Below, piece after piece: positions 19,388 through 28,892 of a DNA stretch of 64,000 nucleotides. Within the stretch, counting starts at the first letter, position 1; every line of letters begins with the position of its first letter. Both the position numbers and the translations under genes were made by a program. The notes under the pieces are model-generated. The model saw nothing but the letters and a program-made list of their open reading frames with translations, was not told where the DNA came from and made no database searches. The stretch covers positions 424 to 64,423 of the forward strand of contig JBBTBW010000006.1 in the NCBI GenBank assembly GCA_038043525.1, in the 5' to 3' direction. Source of the DNA: Deltaproteobacteria bacterium. GTDB taxonomy: Bacteria; Desulfobacterota; GWC2-55-46.

Positions 19388-20689
19388 TTGGAAGATATGA
19401 TATCTGAGATAAAAGGGCCGGGTGGACCGGCCCGTTCTTTTAAGGCTGAAAGTAGAGGAAAGACCGGGTTCGGCGTCGCCTTCGACATAGGTACGACAAC
19501 GGTAGTCGGCGCTCTAGTAGACCTTTCTACAGGTACTGTCCTGGACGCCAAGGCTACGGCCAACCCTCAATCGAGGTGGGGGCGCGACGTCCTAAGCAGG
19601 ATAAACGCGGTCTTGAGTGATGCCCGGCTTTGCGCCGAGATGTCGAGAAGCGTTGTCAGCGCGTGCAGCTCCATCATCGATAGCCTGAGGCCTGAAGGCG
19701 GGATAAAAGAGATAACAGCCGCCGGCAATACGGTCATGACCCATCTCCTCTTAGGCGTATCACCGGAGCCTCTCTCAAGGGTCCCGTACAAGCCTTCTTT
19801 CAAAGAGGCAAGGACCCTTGTGGCCAGCGAGATAGGCTTTGCGGCCTCCGGGGCCAGCCTCTATACGCTGCCTCTTATCGGCGGGTTCGTAGGCGGTGAT
19901 ACTACCGCCGTGATAATAGCCCTTGATCTTGACAAGCGCCCCGGCGTTACTCTCGCGCTTGATATCGGGACCAACAGCGAGATAGTCTTATGCGCACATG
20001 GAGCCATCTACGCGACTTCTGCCGCGGCAGGGCCTGCCTTTGAAGGCGGCCAGATAAGCGCAGGGATGAGCGCAGGGCACGGGGCTATATCCGCTGTTAC
20101 TATCGACCCGGACGGAGTCCGCATAGAGGTGATAGATTCAGTCGCTCCGATAGGGATATGCGGGTCAGGGGTCGTTGACGCTGTCGGCGGTCTCATCAAG
20201 GCCGGGGTCATAGACGCTACGGGCATGATAAAGGGCAGGGATGAGGTCGCCGGGAACTTATCTAACAGGATAAAGGGTAAGGACGGGGTAAACTCGTTTG
20301 TCCTTTACAAGGGGCCTTCGGTAGAGATAACGCTGACGCAGCAGGATGTCAGGGCGCTTCAAAGCGCAAAGGCGGCGATAAAGGCCGGGATAATGATGCT
20401 TCTCAATAAGGCAGGCGTCAGCACGTCTGATATCGATAAGGTCTATATCGCAGGCGCCTTCGGCTCCAACATAAAAAAAGAGGGGCTTGCCTCTATCGGC
20501 ATACTTGAAAAAGAGTGGCTTGACAGGGTAGAATCAGCTGGTGACGCCGCTTTGAACGGGGCTGTCCTGGCCCTTTCAGACGAGGGGCGGAGAGATGCTG
20601 AGGCGGCGGCCCTCATGGTCAAGTATGTATCCCTCTCAGGCTCTGCTCACTTTGAAAGGGAGTTCATAAAGGACATGGACTTCCGCTGA
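19388..20689 (+). CDS. ASKHA-fold ATPase domain protein (DUF4445 / RACo C-terminal-like)
   Basis: FDIGTTTVVGALVD and LDIGTNSEIVL phosphate-binding motifs typical of acetate/sugar-kinase-like ATPases. 433 aa. No N-terminal ferredoxin domain. Confidence 0.65.
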   Translation: MEDMISEIKGPGGPARSFKAESRGKTGFGVAFDIGTTTVVGALVDLSTGTVLDAKATANPQSRWGRDVLSRINAVLSDARLCAEMSRSVVSACSSIIDSLRPEGGIKEITAAGNTVMTHLLLGVSPEPLSRVPYKPSFKEARTLVASEIGFAASGASLYTLPLIGGFVGGDTTAVIIALDLDKRPGVTLALDIGTNSEIVLCAHGAIYATSAAAGPAFEGGQISAGMSAGHGAISAVTIDPDGVRIEVIDSVAPIGICGSGVVDAVGGLIKAGVIDATGMIKGRDEVAGNLSNRIKGKDGVNSFVLYKGPSVEITLTQQDVRALQSAKAAIKAGIMMLLNKAGVSTSDIDKVYIAGAFGSNIKKEGLASIGILEKEWLDRVESAGDAALNGAVLALSDEGRRDAEAAALMVKYVSLSGSAHFEREFIKDMDFR

Positions 20690-20817
20690 CGATCGTTTTT
20701 TATCCGTCTGCATGGGCTATGAGGGTCTTGCAGGCCGGGTGCATTAATAAGCGAGCACATAATCATAATAATAACGATAAGGTCATTAAAAGAGAAGGAG
20801 GCTTACAGGTCCGCGTT

Positions 20818-22389
20818 ATGAAAAAAGTCACAAGGGCGATAATAAGCGTAACAGACAAGAGCGGGATAGTAGAGTTCGCAAAGGAGCTCGCGTCCCTGGG
20901 CGTTGAGATCATCTCGACAGGCGGCACCGCCGATATGATAAAGGCCGCAGGCGTTGCCGTGATCCCGATATCATCCTATACCGGTTTCCCTGAGATGTTG
21001 GATGGAAGGCTTAAGACGCTCCACCCGAAGATACACGGCGGGATACTCGGCATGAGAGATAATCCCGTACATCAGAAGGAGATGAGCTCGCACGACATAC
21101 TCCCCATAGATATGGTAGTAGTAAACCTCTACGCCTTCGAGGATACGATAGCAAAGGGATGCACGCTTGAAGAGGCGATAGAGAACATCGATATAGGCGG
21201 TCCGACGATGATAAGGGCCGCGGCAAAGAACCACAACGACGTAGCTGTAGTCGTCGACCCGTCTGATTACGCGGGGATCCTCGCCGAGATGGCGGAGAAG
21301 AAAGGGATGCTCTCAGGCAAGACGCGCTTTGCCCTTGCCAGAAAGGTCTTCCAGCTGACCGCGCGCTACGACGCGGCGATATCCAACTATCTTGGCGCTG
21401 TCCCTGAGATACCCGGCGCAGAGCCGGCAAAGGAGTTTCCTGCAACGTATACGGTCCAGTACGAGAAGGTCCAGGACCTCCGTTACGGTGAGAACCCGCA
21501 CCAGGGCGCGGCGTTCTACAGGGTAAGATCGAAGCTCAAGGGGCTAGGCGACGCCAGACAGCATCAGGGCAAGGAGCTTTCATTCAATAACATTCTCGAT
21601 CTTAACGCCGCGTTCCAGATATCAGGCGAGTTCAACGAGCCTGCGGCCGTCATAATAAAGCACAACAACCCGTGCGGTGTAGCCATGTCAAAGCGTGGCA
21701 TATTGACTGCTTACGATTTTGCCTATGATTGCGATAGGGTATCCGCTTTCGGCGGCATCGTAGGTTTTAACAGGACGGTCACGAAAGACGTGGCAGAGAG
21801 GCTTAGCTCCATCTTCCTTGAGGCTGTAGTAGCGCCGGGCTATGACAAGGGTGCGCTTGAGATCTTTTCAGCAAAGAAGAACCTCAGAGTGATAGATACC
21901 GAGGGACTTCGTCCAAAGGACTGCCCTGTCGACTTTGATATAAAGAAGGTATGCGGCGGGGCGCTTTTGCAGACACAGGACCTTCAGAGCGCGTCTGATC
22001 TGAAGACGGTCACAGGAAGAGGCCCGAATGAGAAAGAGCTTGAAGACCTCTTGTTCGCGTGGAGCGTATGCAAGCACGTAAAGAGTAACGCCATCATATT
22101 CGCCTCTGATACCAGGACCTTAGGCATAGGCGCCGGACAGATGTCGAGGATAGATTCAACGAAGCTTGCCGTGATGAAGGCTACTGACGCCGGTCTTACT
22201 GTCAAGGGCTCGGTGCTCGCCTCTGACGCGTTCTTCCCGTTCAGGGACAACGTAGACCTTGCGGCTACACACGGCATAACCGCCATCATCCAGCCGGGCG
22301 GCTCTATAAAAGACGCTGAGGTCATAAAGGCCGCTGACGAGCACGGTATAGCCATGGTATTCACAGGTGTGCGCCACTTCAGGCACTGA
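20818..22389 (+). CDS. purH: bifunctional AICAR transformylase / IMP cyclohydrolase
   Basis: Start chosen at internal ATG (MKKVTRAIISVTDKSGIVEFAKEL) with AGGAGG RBS. MGS-like plus AICARFT domains. Confidence 0.9.
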   Translation: MKKVTRAIISVTDKSGIVEFAKELASLGVEIISTGGTADMIKAAGVAVIPISSYTGFPEMLDGRLKTLHPKIHGGILGMRDNPVHQKEMSSHDILPIDMVVVNLYAFEDTIAKGCTLEEAIENIDIGGPTMIRAAAKNHNDVAVVVDPSDYAGILAEMAEKKGMLSGKTRFALARKVFQLTARYDAAISNYLGAVPEIPGAEPAKEFPATYTVQYEKVQDLRYGENPHQGAAFYRVRSKLKGLGDARQHQGKELSFNNILDLNAAFQISGEFNEPAAVIIKHNNPCGVAMSKRGILTAYDFAYDCDRVSAFGGIVGFNRTVTKDVAERLSSIFLEAVVAPGYDKGALEIFSAKKNLRVIDTEGLRPKDCPVDFDIKKVCGGALLQTQDLQSASDLKTVTGRGPNEKELEDLLFAWSVCKHVKSNAIIFASDTRTLGIGAGQMSRIDSTKLAVMKATDAGLTVKGSVLASDAFFPFRDNVDLAATHGITAIIQPGGSIKDAEVIKAADEHGIAMVFTGVRHFRH

Positions 22390-22413
22390 CGGATAAACCG
22401 CAAGGGATGGAAG

Positions 22414-23685
22414 ATGAAGGTCCTTTTAATAGGCTCAGGAGGGCGCGAGCACGCGATGGCGTGGAAGCTATCCAAAAGCCCGAAGATCACAAAGCTATAC
22501 ATAGCGCCGGGTAACCCTGGCACCGCAATTGTCGGCGAGAACGTGATGATACCGGCGGAAGACATTGCGGGACTCAAGTCGTTCGCCCTGCGTGAGAAGA
22601 TAGACCTGACCGTCGTAGGCCCTGAGCTGCCGCTTACGATGGGCATAGTCGACGTTTTCGAGGAGGCCGGTCTTAAGATATTCGGCCCGTCCAAGGCTGC
22701 TGCCGAGCTTGAAGGGTCTAAGGTCTTCAGTAAAGAGCTGATGAGCCGCTATAAGATCCCGACCGCGTACTTTAAAAAGTTTGACAGGATAGAGGCGGCA
22801 AAGGATTACATCAATACACACAACCCGCCGATGGTAGTCAAGGCTGACGGGCTTGCCGCAGGCAAGGGCGTCGTCATCTGTCAGACAAGGGACGAGGCTT
22901 TAGAAGCAGTAGACCTCATGATGGCTAAAAAGTCGTTCGGCACGGCCGGCACAAGGGTGATAGTAGAAGAGTTCCTCGAAGGTGAAGAGGCGTCGTTCCT
23001 GGCTATTACAGACGGAAAGACCGTAGTCCCGCTTGCCCCGGCACAGGATCACAAGGCGATTTTCGACGGTGATACAGGTCCAAACACAGGCGGGATGGGC
23101 GCGTACTCGCCGACCCCGGTTGTTTCGAAAGAGCTTCAGGATGAAGTTATGAGGACGGTCATGGTCCCGACTGTTAAGGCGATGGAGGCGGAAGGAAGGC
23201 CTTATAAAGGCGTTCTATACGCAGGGCTGATGATATCAGCCGGCAGGATAAAGGTCCTTGAGTTTAACTGCAGGCTCGGCGACCCTGAGACACAGCCGAT
23301 ACTCATGCGCCTTGAAGACGACCTTCTCGAAGTCCTTTTGAAGGCTGTCGAATGCCGTCTTGAGGATGTAAGCCTCAGATGGAGCGACAAGACGGCTGTC
23401 TGCGTAGTTATGGCGGCAAGGGGATACCCCGGGATATACGAGAAGGGTACTGAGATACACGGCCTTGCGGAGGCCGGGGCGCTGGAAGATGTTGTCGTCT
23501 TCCATGCAGGCACGGCTGTAAAAGATGGGCGTGTTGTGACCTCAGGCGGAAGGGTTTTAGGTGTGACAGCCCTCGGCGTTGACGTTAAAAATGCTATCGA
23601 GAACGCCTACAAAGCTGTATCCCTCATAAGCTGGGACGGCGTGTACTGCAGGAAGGACATCGGCAGAAAGGCGCTTCGCTGCTGA
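22414..23685 (+). CDS. purD: phosphoribosylamine-glycine ligase
   Basis: MKVLLIGSGGREHAMAWKL N-terminus. ATP-grasp domain. 423 aa. Confidence 0.9.
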   Translation: MKVLLIGSGGREHAMAWKLSKSPKITKLYIAPGNPGTAIVGENVMIPAEDIAGLKSFALREKIDLTVVGPELPLTMGIVDVFEEAGLKIFGPSKAAAELEGSKVFSKELMSRYKIPTAYFKKFDRIEAAKDYINTHNPPMVVKADGLAAGKGVVICQTRDEALEAVDLMMAKKSFGTAGTRVIVEEFLEGEEASFLAITDGKTVVPLAPAQDHKAIFDGDTGPNTGGMGAYSPTPVVSKELQDEVMRTVMVPTVKAMEAEGRPYKGVLYAGLMISAGRIKVLEFNCRLGDPETQPILMRLEDDLLEVLLKAVECRLEDVSLRWSDKTAVCVVMAARGYPGIYEKGTEIHGLAEAGALEDVVVFHAGTAVKDGRVVTSGGRVLGVTALGVDVKNAIENAYKAVSLISWDGVYCRKDIGRKALRC

Positions 23686-23765
23686 GCATATCAGATTAAA
23701 AGGCCTGATATCTTTTTGTCAGGGCATTAATAATTCGAGTCGATAGATTGCGGAGGTCTCGTAAG

Positions 23766-24269
23766 ATGGCAGGCAAACCGGTTGTAGGCATACTCATGGG
23801 CAGTGATTCAGACCTGCCTGTTATGGAAGAGGCGGCAAAGGCGCTCATGGGATTCTCCATCCCTTATGAGATAACGATATCATCAGCCCACAGGACTCCG
23901 AAAAAGACATCTGATTACGCCAAGAGCGCCGAGAGGCGCGGCATAAAGATCATCATCGCAGGGGCAGGGAGCGCCGCGCACCTGGCAGGTTTCATAGCGG
24001 CAGAGACGACGCTCCCGGTCGTAGGGGTCCCGATAGATTCGAGCCCTCTTAACGGCCTTGATGCGCTTCTGGCTACTGTGCAGATGCCAGGAGGGGTCCC
24101 TGTAGCGTCGATGGCTATCGGCAAGGCAGGCGCCATGAACGCGGGTATATTCGCGGCTGAGATACTTGCCCTCTCTGACGATGGTATAAGGCAGGCGCTA
24201 AAGGACTACAGGAAGGCAATGGCAAGGCAGGTCGAGTCCAAGGCTAAAAAGATAAAGAAGCTCGTATAA
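23766..24269 (+). CDS. purE: 5-(carboxyamino)imidazole ribonucleotide mutase
   Basis: [12 protein letters not shown]...[13 protein letters not shown] motifs. Start at the MAGKP ATG. Confidence 0.85.
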   Translation: MAGKPVVGILMGSDSDLPVMEEAAKALMGFSIPYEITISSAHRTPKKTSDYAKSAERRGIKIIIAGAGSAAHLAGFIAAETTLPVVGVPIDSSPLNGLDALLATVQMPGGVPVASMAIGKAGAMNAGIFAAEILALSDDGIRQALKDYRKAMARQVESKAKKIKKLV

Positions 24270-24318
24270 AGATCTACCACGCGGTCACTCTCAGGTTCAT
24301 ATCCAAGGCTCGACTCTC

Positions 24319-24963
24319 ATGCCAGACCCGGCAATATCTAAAAGACCTATAATACTCGGTGCCTCTTCCCTCTGGGAAGAGGCACCGGCCTTGTTCGCCT
24401 CCTCAGGCATAATCGCCTATCCCACCGAGACCTTCTACGGTCTTTGCGTAAACCCCTTTGACCGCGTTGCGATAAAAAAGCTCTTCGCACTCAAGGGCAG
24501 ACCTCCTGAAAAACCGATCACGCTCATAGTCAGGGATAGAGAGATGCTCGACAGGGTCGCCTCAGGTATCACGCCTCTGGCAGAAAGGTTGATGGAAAGG
24601 TTCTGGCCGGGCCCCCTTACTATCATATTCAATGCTCGCGCTGACGTGCCAGCTGAGCTTACAGGCGGCACAGGTACGCTTGGGGTGCGCGTATCAGCAA
24701 GCCCGGTTGCGACAAGGCTCTCTGCACTTTTGGACTCTCCGATAACAGCTACAAGCGCCAACCCGACTGATAAGGATGCGCCAACTGACCCTCAGGATGT
24801 CGTCGGATATTTCGACGGTGAAATAGACATGCTCATTGACGGGGGAAGGCTTGCCGGTAAAAAGGGTTCAACGATAGTCGATGCGAGAGGCGGTAGTCTG
24901 GTGATATTTCGCGAAGGCGAGATACCCGTAGAATCGCTCATGGATGTTGTAATCCGGGATTGA
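24319..24963 (+). CDS. tsaC: L-threonylcarbamoyladenylate synthase (YrdC/TsaC family)
   Basis: YPTETFYGLCVNPF and ITATSANP motifs of the YrdC/Sua5 fold. Confidence 0.8.
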   Translation: MPDPAISKRPIILGASSLWEEAPALFASSGIIAYPTETFYGLCVNPFDRVAIKKLFALKGRPPEKPITLIVRDREMLDRVASGITPLAERLMERFWPGPLTIIFNARADVPAELTGGTGTLGVRVSASPVATRLSALLDSPITATSANPTDKDAPTDPQDVVGYFDGEIDMLIDGGRLAGKKGSTIVDARGGSLVIFREGEIPVESLMDVVIRD

Positions 24964-25045
24964 CAGCTTATGATAGCCACGTCCGCGAGTGCCAGTCTAT
25001 CGCATGATGCGCGCTTGCCTCGTTCCTGCTTCCGATAAATCCAGG

Positions 25046-26371
25046 TTAGATACGCCTCATCCTTGCCCCGAAAAAACCGTCTGTCGAATGGATGTGCGGG
25101 TAGGTTTTGAGAAAGCCGTCTTCGATAAGAGAAGCGCACTCAGGCGGCAGGTACTCTTTCGCGTCTTCGAGTACGAACTCGGGGTGGGCCAAAAGAAAGC
25201 CTGTGACGACCGCTGTCGTCTCTTCAGGCTCAAATGTGCAGGTCGAATAGACGAGCCTGCCTCCTTTTTTTACCGAGCTGCTGAGGTTCTCTAAAAGCCG
25301 CGCCTGTTTCGCTCCCATCTCGCTGATCTCTTTTTCCTGTCTTCTGTATTTTATTTCAGGCGCCCTTCTGACTACGCCTAGACCTGTGCAAGGCGCGTCC
25401 AGAAGGACTGCGTCAAACCCGTCGATGCCTATTGGCAGCGGCTCATCTGCCTTTGCCGCGATAGTCCTGATGATTGCTATGCCGAGCCGCGCGGCACTCT
25501 CGATAACGCTCTTTAGTCTGGCAGGGTAGATGTCAAGGCCGCAGATGAGCCCTTTGTTTTTCATAAGCTCCGCTATATGGGTCGTCTTTCCTCCCGGGGC
25601 GCAGCATGCGTCAAGGACACGCTCTCCCGGCTGAGGGCTGACAAGGTGCGCAATCAGTTGTGAGGCTTCGTCCTGTATGTAATAACGGCTGTCCTTTGCC
25701 TTTGGTCTGCCGTTTAAGACCTCTATCCCGGACGGCGAGAACCTTGTCGCTCTCACCTCAAGCCCCACTTCCGTGAAGCTCGTGATAAGCTCGTCCCGGC
25801 TATTGACAAGGGTGTTGGCTCTCAGTGTTTTAGGCGGGACCTGCTGGTTCGCCGCGCAAAGTGCTGAAGTGAACTCGGGGCCGAACCTTTTCAGCCATCT
25901 CTTTACAAGCCACTCAGGGTGAGAAGATTCTATAGAGATGCGCCTTGCCTCGTCTCCCCCGAGCCCTGCTGACAGAGCCTTTTCCCTCTCTCTGTCAGCG
26001 GATCTTAAAACTGCGTTGACGAAGCCCGCGGTCTTTTTCCCCTGCTGACGGACGAGGTTCACAGACTCATTCACTGCGGCGGAAGCCGGGATGCGAGTAA
26101 GGAAGAAAAGCTGATACAGACCGATGCGTAGGGCAGTCAAGACCCTGTGCTCGAGTTTTTTTGTCTTTATGGAAGAAAACAGGTCGATGATATGGTCGAG
26201 CCTCATGCGCCACCTGAGGACTCCGTAGGTGATCTCTGTGGCGAGCGCCCTGTCTATCTCGGCAAGTGCGCCAAGCTCCGCGTCAAGGAGTATGTCGGCG
26301 TAGGCGTCGGCCCCTTCGACTCTGTTAAGCACCTTGAACGCGACATCCCTCGGGTTCTTTGCGTCTGTCAC
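25046..26371 (-). CDS. rsmB: 16S rRNA (cytosine967-C5)-methyltransferase
   Basis: N-terminal NusB-like domain plus SAM-MTase motifs (DACCAPGGKT, DAPCTGLG, catalytic TC in STCT). 441 aa. Confidence 0.85.
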   Translation of the reverse strand: MTDAKNPRDVAFKVLNRVEGADAYADILLDAELGALAEIDRALATEITYGVLRWRMRLDHIIDLFSSIKTKKLEHRVLTALRIGLYQLFFLTRIPASAAVNESVNLVRQQGKKTAGFVNAVLRSADREREKALSAGLGGDEARRISIESSHPEWLVKRWLKRFGPEFTSALCAANQQVPPKTLRANTLVNSRDELITSFTEVGLEVRATRFSPSGIEVLNGRPKAKDSRYYIQDEASQLIAHLVSPQPGERVLDACCAPGGKTTHIAELMKNKGLICGLDIYPARLKSVIESAARLGIAIIRTIAAKADEPLPIGIDGFDAVLLDAPCTGLGVVRRAPEIKYRRQEKEISEMGAKQARLLENLSSSVKKGGRLVYSTCTFEPEETTAVVTGFLLAHPEFVLEDAKEYLPPECASLIEDGFLKTYPHIHSTDGFFGARMRRI

Positions 26372-26504
26372 GTTTTGTCTCCATATCAGGCGTTTTGCGT
26401 CTCATCGGATTGTATCATGGCATAGAGTCAATTCAATGCGAAAGAGAGCGTGTTTTATCTGCATGAGATGAGCCGCCTTGAAAAAGAGGCCTGTCTTTGA
26501 TAAC

Positions 26505-26948
26505 ATGATAGGCATGGAAGAGCAGGGGACAGTCGTACAGCTAAAAGAGAGGATAGCTGTTATAAAGGCGCAGAGGTCAGGTTCGTGCGACAGCTGCGCG
26601 TCGAAGAAGTCTTGCCACAGCGGCGGGACAAGCGACGAGGCGACGTTTATCGAGGCGGATAACTCGATCGGCGCGAAGGTCGGCGACCATGTTATATTCG
26701 CTGTCGGCGCAGGCTCTGTCATTAAAGCAGGCGTTCTCATATACCTTGTCCCGATACTCAGCTTCATCGGAGGCGTAGTGCTCGGCCAGATACTTTCAGG
26801 GCCGTTCTTTCCGGAAACCAACCACGACCTTGTCGCAGGCGCGTTCGGCGCCCTGTTCCTCGCCATAGCCTTTGTCGGCCTCAAGCTCTACAACAGGAGC
26901 CTTGAGGGGTCGAGGACTATGCGCCCCAAGATCCTGAGGGTGGTGTAG
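26505..26948 (+). CDS. RseC/MucC-family (SoxR-reducing system) membrane protein
   Basis: N-terminal C-x2-C-x5-C cysteine cluster, then two TM helices. Start placed at MIGMEEQ; the table TTG at 26478 is the alternative. Confidence 0.65.
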   Translation: MIGMEEQGTVVQLKERIAVIKAQRSGSCDSCASKKSCHSGGTSDEATFIEADNSIGAKVGDHVIFAVGAGSVIKAGVLIYLVPILSFIGGVVLGQILSGPFFPETNHDLVAGAFGALFLAIAFVGLKLYNRSLEGSRTMRPKILRVV

Positions 26949-26951
26949 CCC

Positions 26952-27410
26952 TTGACAATCCAAGTCGTCTGCACCAATAGAAAGGCCTATCACGACTACT
27001 TCATCGAAGAGCCTGTAGAGGCTGGTATCGTGCTTACCGGCACAGAAGTCAAATCACTGAGAGCTGGCAAGGCGAACCTCAAGGACAGCTACGCCAGGAT
27101 AAAGAACGGCGAGGTCTATCTGATAAATACGCATATAAGCCAGTACACTCAGGCAGACAGCTTCCAGGATATAGACCCTGAGAGGACGAGGAAACTGCTT
27201 CTCCGGAAGAAAGAGATTTTGCGGCTCATAGGCAAGACCAAGGAAAAGGGCTATACGATCATACCGACAAAGATATACTTCAAGGGCGGCAAGGCGAAGG
27301 TGGAGATAGCCCTTGCAAAGGGCAAGACCAGCTACGATAAGCGCGACACACTGAAAAAGAAAGAGGTCCAAAGAGAGCTCTCCAAGGAATTTAAGGCGCG
27401 AAGAGGCTGA
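26952..27410 (+). CDS. smpB: SsrA-binding protein
   Basis: [13 protein letters not shown]...GTEVKSLR...LLLRKKEI motifs. TTG start. Immediately upstream of tmRNA. Confidence 0.9.
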   Translation: MTIQVVCTNRKAYHDYFIEEPVEAGIVLTGTEVKSLRAGKANLKDSYARIKNGEVYLINTHISQYTQADSFQDIDPERTRKLLLRKKEILRLIGKTKEKGYTIIPTKIYFKGGKAKVEIALAKGKTSYDKRDTLKKKEVQRELSKEFKARRG

Positions 27411-27491
27411 GACTCAGGTTGTCTTTTCGGGCCGGTCGTGTTACAATAGTTTTGTAGAGGACTGTTCTTTGACATGAAGATAAATAAACAT

Positions 27492-27842
27492 GGGGGCGAC
27501 CGGCTTCGACGGGACGGTCTGATCCTGAGGGAAGCATGCCGAGTTTGCTTACTCGTAAAACAGGCAAACAATACAGTCGGCAACGACTACAATTACGCCC
27601 TGGCTGCCTAATAACCAGCCAGCGTCGGTTGGGCCAGTTCCCGCGGGGCTTGACTGACGTCAATTAGCGGGATGGCTGACGGGGCTACGTCCTAAGGACC
27701 TGTTGGCGAGATTCAACTGGGCTGGTCTTCTGAAAGCTTTGCCTGTGGGCGCTCAGAAGACGAGATCAAATTACGGGCTAAGCATGTAGAATACTCAGTT
27801 AAGCGTTTCCGGACGTGGGTTCGATTCCCACCGCCTCCACCA
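27492..27842 (+). ncRNA. ssrA: transfer-messenger RNA (tmRNA, SsrA)
   Basis: 5' GGGGGCGACCGGCTTCGACGGG acceptor/tRNA-like start. Internal ORF ...GCA AAC AAT ACA GTC GGC AAC GAC TAC AAT TAC GCC CTG GCT GCC TAA TAA encodes a tag ending NDYNYALAA. 3' T-arm GGACGTGGGTTCGATTCCCACCGCCTCCACCA. Confidence 0.92.
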
Positions 27843-27843
27843 T

Positions 27844-27889
27844 TTTATAGATGTAAAGACAAGGGGTCAGCTTATGCTGGCCTTTTTGT
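27844..27889 (+). terminator. ssrA terminator hairpin; first copy (DR1) of a sequence repeated at 30066-30113 and 30804-30850
   Basis: ttttatagatgtaaagacaaggggtcagcttatgctggcctttttg. Hairpin ggtcagc/gctggcc followed by a T-run. Confidence 0.7.
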
Positions 27890-28059
27890 TTTTGCGCAAT
27901 ACAAAAAATATTCAGGGAGTTGACGGATCAGGTCAACTCCCTGTTGCATTTTGAGATGGCTTGGCGTATCCTGTTTTTAAACTATGGCTTAAATCAGCTG
28001 CTGAGGGTACACCAAAAATCATACATCTTAAATTCTGTCTCGGAGGTAGTGTGATAAAA

Positions 28060-28425
28060 ATGTTTAAAACAGCGAATATGTCCGGTGTCATCAAAATCAG
28101 AGGAATCTATCTGATAGTTCTGTTACTGGCATCCATGACTATCTCCGGATGTAGCTCAGTACCTCTTGTGATATCCACGCCGGCACCCGACCAGAAGTAT
28201 GAGGTCCTTGGTGAGGGCTACGGCCAGGCAACAGGCATCATGCTCTTTAATATTATCCCCATCATGCAGAACCAGCGGTTTGTCAGGGCTTATAACGCAG
28301 CGGTTCAGAGCAAGGGTGGCGATAGGCTCATTAACCTGACTATCAAAGAACAGTGGTTTTGGGCGTATATAATGAACGGCTATATAACGTCAGTAAGTGG
28401 AACCGTGGTTAAGGATATTAAGTAG
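28060..28425 (+). CDS. hypothetical lipoprotein (low-GC island cargo)
   Basis: Signal peptide plus lipobox LLLASMTISGC. GGAGG RBS 13 nt upstream of the ATG. GC visibly lower than flanking core genes. Confidence 0.5.
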   Translation: MFKTANMSGVIKIRGIYLIVLLLASMTISGCSSVPLVISTPAPDQKYEVLGEGYGQATGIMLFNIIPIMQNQRFVRAYNAAVQSKGGDRLINLTIKEQWFWAYIMNGYITSVSGTVVKDIK

Positions 28426-28485
28426 ACGGTGGGCTGAGCAAGCCTGTGGTCACATGCCATGGCCGATATTTGCGTTTACAGTAAC

Positions 28486-28508
28486 GTAGGGTGGGCTCGG
28501 CCCACCAT
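28486..28508. repeat. REP-like palindrome gtagggtgggctcggcccaccat
   Basis: Inverted repeat GGTGGGC/GCCCACC with a 3-nt spacer. Same unit at 928, 1988, 2113, 29833, 30043, 30248, 30781, 31616, 56127 and 56405. Degenerate at 28833, 30451 and 56650. Confidence 0.85.
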
Positions 28509-28788
28509 TAGAGAATTTACAAAAAGAATGCGCGGTAGTTTGAAAACGCCTTCTCCGGGACGTTCGCGCATAAGAAGCGGAGAAGCTACGATATGGCAAA
28601 GGCGTTTTTGGGAACAGATGATAAGAGACGACCTTGATTAAGCAAGACACGTGGAGTATTTTCATTATAATCCGGTAAAGCACGGTTTGGCGGTATCACT
28701 GAAGGGTTGGAAGCTTTCGACATTTCAAAAGTTCGCGGCGCAAGGTTTGCATCCGCAAAATTGGTGCGGCGATGCAACGGACATTTAA
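28509..28788 (+). pseudogene. REP-associated tyrosine transposase (RAYT / IS200-like TnpA) 3' remnant, frameshifted and N-terminally truncated
   Basis: One frame reads ...RIRSGEATIWQRRFWEQMIRDDLD*. The next frame continues ARHVEYFHYNPVKHGLAVSLKGW..., matching the conserved RAYT C-terminus (..WQRRYWEH.IRDE.D....H.DYIH.NPVKHGLV). The HuH-containing N-terminus is absent. Bounded by REPs at 28486 and 28833. Confidence 0.55.
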
Positions 28789-28892
28789 GACATTGGCGGT
28801 GAGTGGTTTTAAGAACAAACGATTTATAAAGAGGTGGGCCGAGTCCACACTACAAGGCTGAGGGCTACTGCTCAAGTTGAACCCTTAGGTCG

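Noticed and set aside
27410-27491. Sigma-70 promoter call for ssrA (TTGACA at 27469)
   Set aside because: Any -10 at proper spacing would overlap the mature tmRNA 5' end. tmRNA is processed from a precursor, so the promoter is probably further upstream, and I could not place it confidently.
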